64,000 bases of DNA from Haliotis rufescens (lineage: Eukaryota). Positions 62,165-64,000 of this stretch are shown piece after piece; position 1 is the stretch's first letter; every line of letters starts with the position of its first letter. Below the pieces are notes generated by a model. It saw only the letters and a list, made by a program, of their open reading frames with translations, made no database searches and was not told the origin of the DNA. The stretch spans positions 744,001-808,000 of the forward strand of contig NW_025963924.1 in the NCBI RefSeq assembly GCF_023055435.1, written 5' to 3'. A program made the position numbers and the translations under genes.

Positions 62165-62619
62165 TTTGGAAAATATGGTATTGAATGAGTACTGTATGTA
62201 TAGCTGTGGTCAGTTGTGTCCGGCTGTATCAGGACAGCCTATGAAAAAATAAATCGGCACCAGGCAAACCAGTGACTGAAAACGTGAGGAACGATCACGG
62301 CTATCCACAAGAATGGAATGGTACTTGACAACCAAGGCAATGAGTCTCTCACACCCAAACCTTGTTTGTTTGATTTTTGTTGAACGCCTCACTCAGCAAT
62401 ATTCCAGCTATATGACCAGACATTTCGGTGATTTGAGTTGTCTTCCATAAGCCAGTGGGTGCTGAGGTCATGGGGGTTGGATCTGTGGTGGTTGGAGAGA
62501 GGGATGGGGGGTGGGGGTGCCGATGCAACCACTGAACCACTGACTGATTTGTGTGTCACTGAACAACAAGATGCAGGGCCTATCAAGCACAGGTTGGCCT
62601 GTTGTTACTTCGTACTGCA

Positions 62620-62771
62620 GTACATACCATGCTCGTGGGTTTCACCGAAGTGGTTAACGTCTGAGACCTGCATCACTTCGGGCTTTCCTCCCACATTAAG
62701 CTGACACGCCGTGATATGACTGGAACACTGTTAAAAGCGGCGTTAAACCCAACTCACTCAGTCACTCACTC
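62620..62771 (+). mobile_element. SINE family C, 3' half
   Basis: Near-consensus 3' half; flanks cgtactgcagt / cgtacttcagt resemble a TSD. Confidence 0.8.
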
Positions 62772-63419
62772 GTACTTCAGTGAGGAAACGAGTGGTCTGG
62801 GTACTAATTCTATTGATCAGAATGTTTTGGTCCGATTATGACCCCTGTCCTGACATATATCTGGTTCTGTGCTACAAAGTGACCTTGACCCTAAAATTGT
62901 TCTAAGTTTAATGTTAAAGTATGGGAGTTACTTTTGTCTTAGGGCTAAGATTGTAGAAGTATTCTTGTCATTGCCTGTACTTGATGGTTTCACAACAGTG
63001 GTAAACAGCTATGTTTGTGTGAGTTGTTTTACTCCACTTAATGTGGGATGAAAGCCCCAAGTGATGTAGGCCTTAGACGTTTACAACTTTGATGAAACCA
63101 AGGAGCATAGATATGATGCTGAATCAAGAATTATGATCAGAGCGAATTTTGGATTCGAACTGCACAGCAAACCTAAAACTACTGTCATTCACACTTCTTA
63201 ACAGATATGTAGGCAGGTGTGTCCAGTCAGGTGCTGCAATTCGCTGTGGAGAGTTGCGTTCTTGGGCACGCCAGAAACCAATGATCGTGGGTTTGAATCC
63301 TGTTCGCCCTGTGTTTCTCTGTTTGTCAGCAAGTGGTAAAAGCCTGAGACCTGCTCACTTCGGGGTTCCTCCTTCATTAAGCTGATATGGCATGATATGC
63401 TTCGCTCGCTCGCTTGCTC

Positions 63420-63490
63420 TCTCACTGACTCACTCACTCACTCACTCACTCACTCAACCCTCCCTCCCTCACTCACTCACTCACTCACTG
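63420..63490. repeat. (CACT)n microsatellite (SINE tail-like)
   Basis: Direct reading. Confidence 0.85.
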
Positions 63491-64000
63491 AAACTGGCTC
63501 ACAGCCACCTCCTTGGCAAGTTGTACATCTATCTATGGCCTAGATGGTATAACCTAACTGTACATTATGTAAATGGGCCCATATAATGGTCCTTCAGGCG
63601 TTTATAGAACAGATGTTACACGGCTTGTCAGCTTGGATGACGTTACCATCCCACTGCACCTGTTAACAAGAAATGCGTAATAATTTATTGCATTATGGAT
63701 GAAGTAGTTCGATCTTTCAGCAGCTGATGTTTCTTGGCGTCCACTGATAACATGGAAAATGTCGGCGAAATTTGTTATGTAGACGTTCTCCTATAAAGTT
63801 ATTGATAACTAAAAATACATTATTGCCTTAATGTTACTCGCTGGTTCCGAAGTTGAAACGGGAAGGTTAGCCCAGACATCGGTATGTACAGAACTAAATT
63901 CGAACAATATCAATGAATAATTAACAGATGCTATTGAATAATGCCACAAATCATAATCGCAATATGTACAAATACAGTTACAATATTACACCGTTTTTTT

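Overview
Eukaryotic (animal) genomic DNA, not prokaryotic. Intron-rich, with a SINE repertoire typical of molluscs (probably a vetigastropod such as abalone; inference from repeat resemblance only). The main content is a tandem pair of + strand paralogous 3-domain gelsolin-like (severin/fragmin/EWAM-type) actin-severing protein genes. Each has 13 coding exons with identical intron positions and phases: gene 1 CDS 5576-22303 (~369 aa, end of exon 6 in an N gap) and gene 2 CDS 42460-59522 (365 aa). The long ORFs in the supplied track are artefacts of minisatellites or N gaps. Introns and the intergenic region hold eight minisatellite arrays, four SINE families sharing a related 3' tail, and several non-autonomous DNA transposons (hAT, Tc1/mariner, Mutator-like). 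Best leads: (i) minisatellites that are tandem amplifications of real splice sites, with in-frame decoy donors in gene 2 and stop-guarded decoy acceptors in gene 1; (ii) a SINE family with no tRNA head and a potentially pseudoknotted 5' end; (iii) a CpG-decay contrast between the two paralogues.
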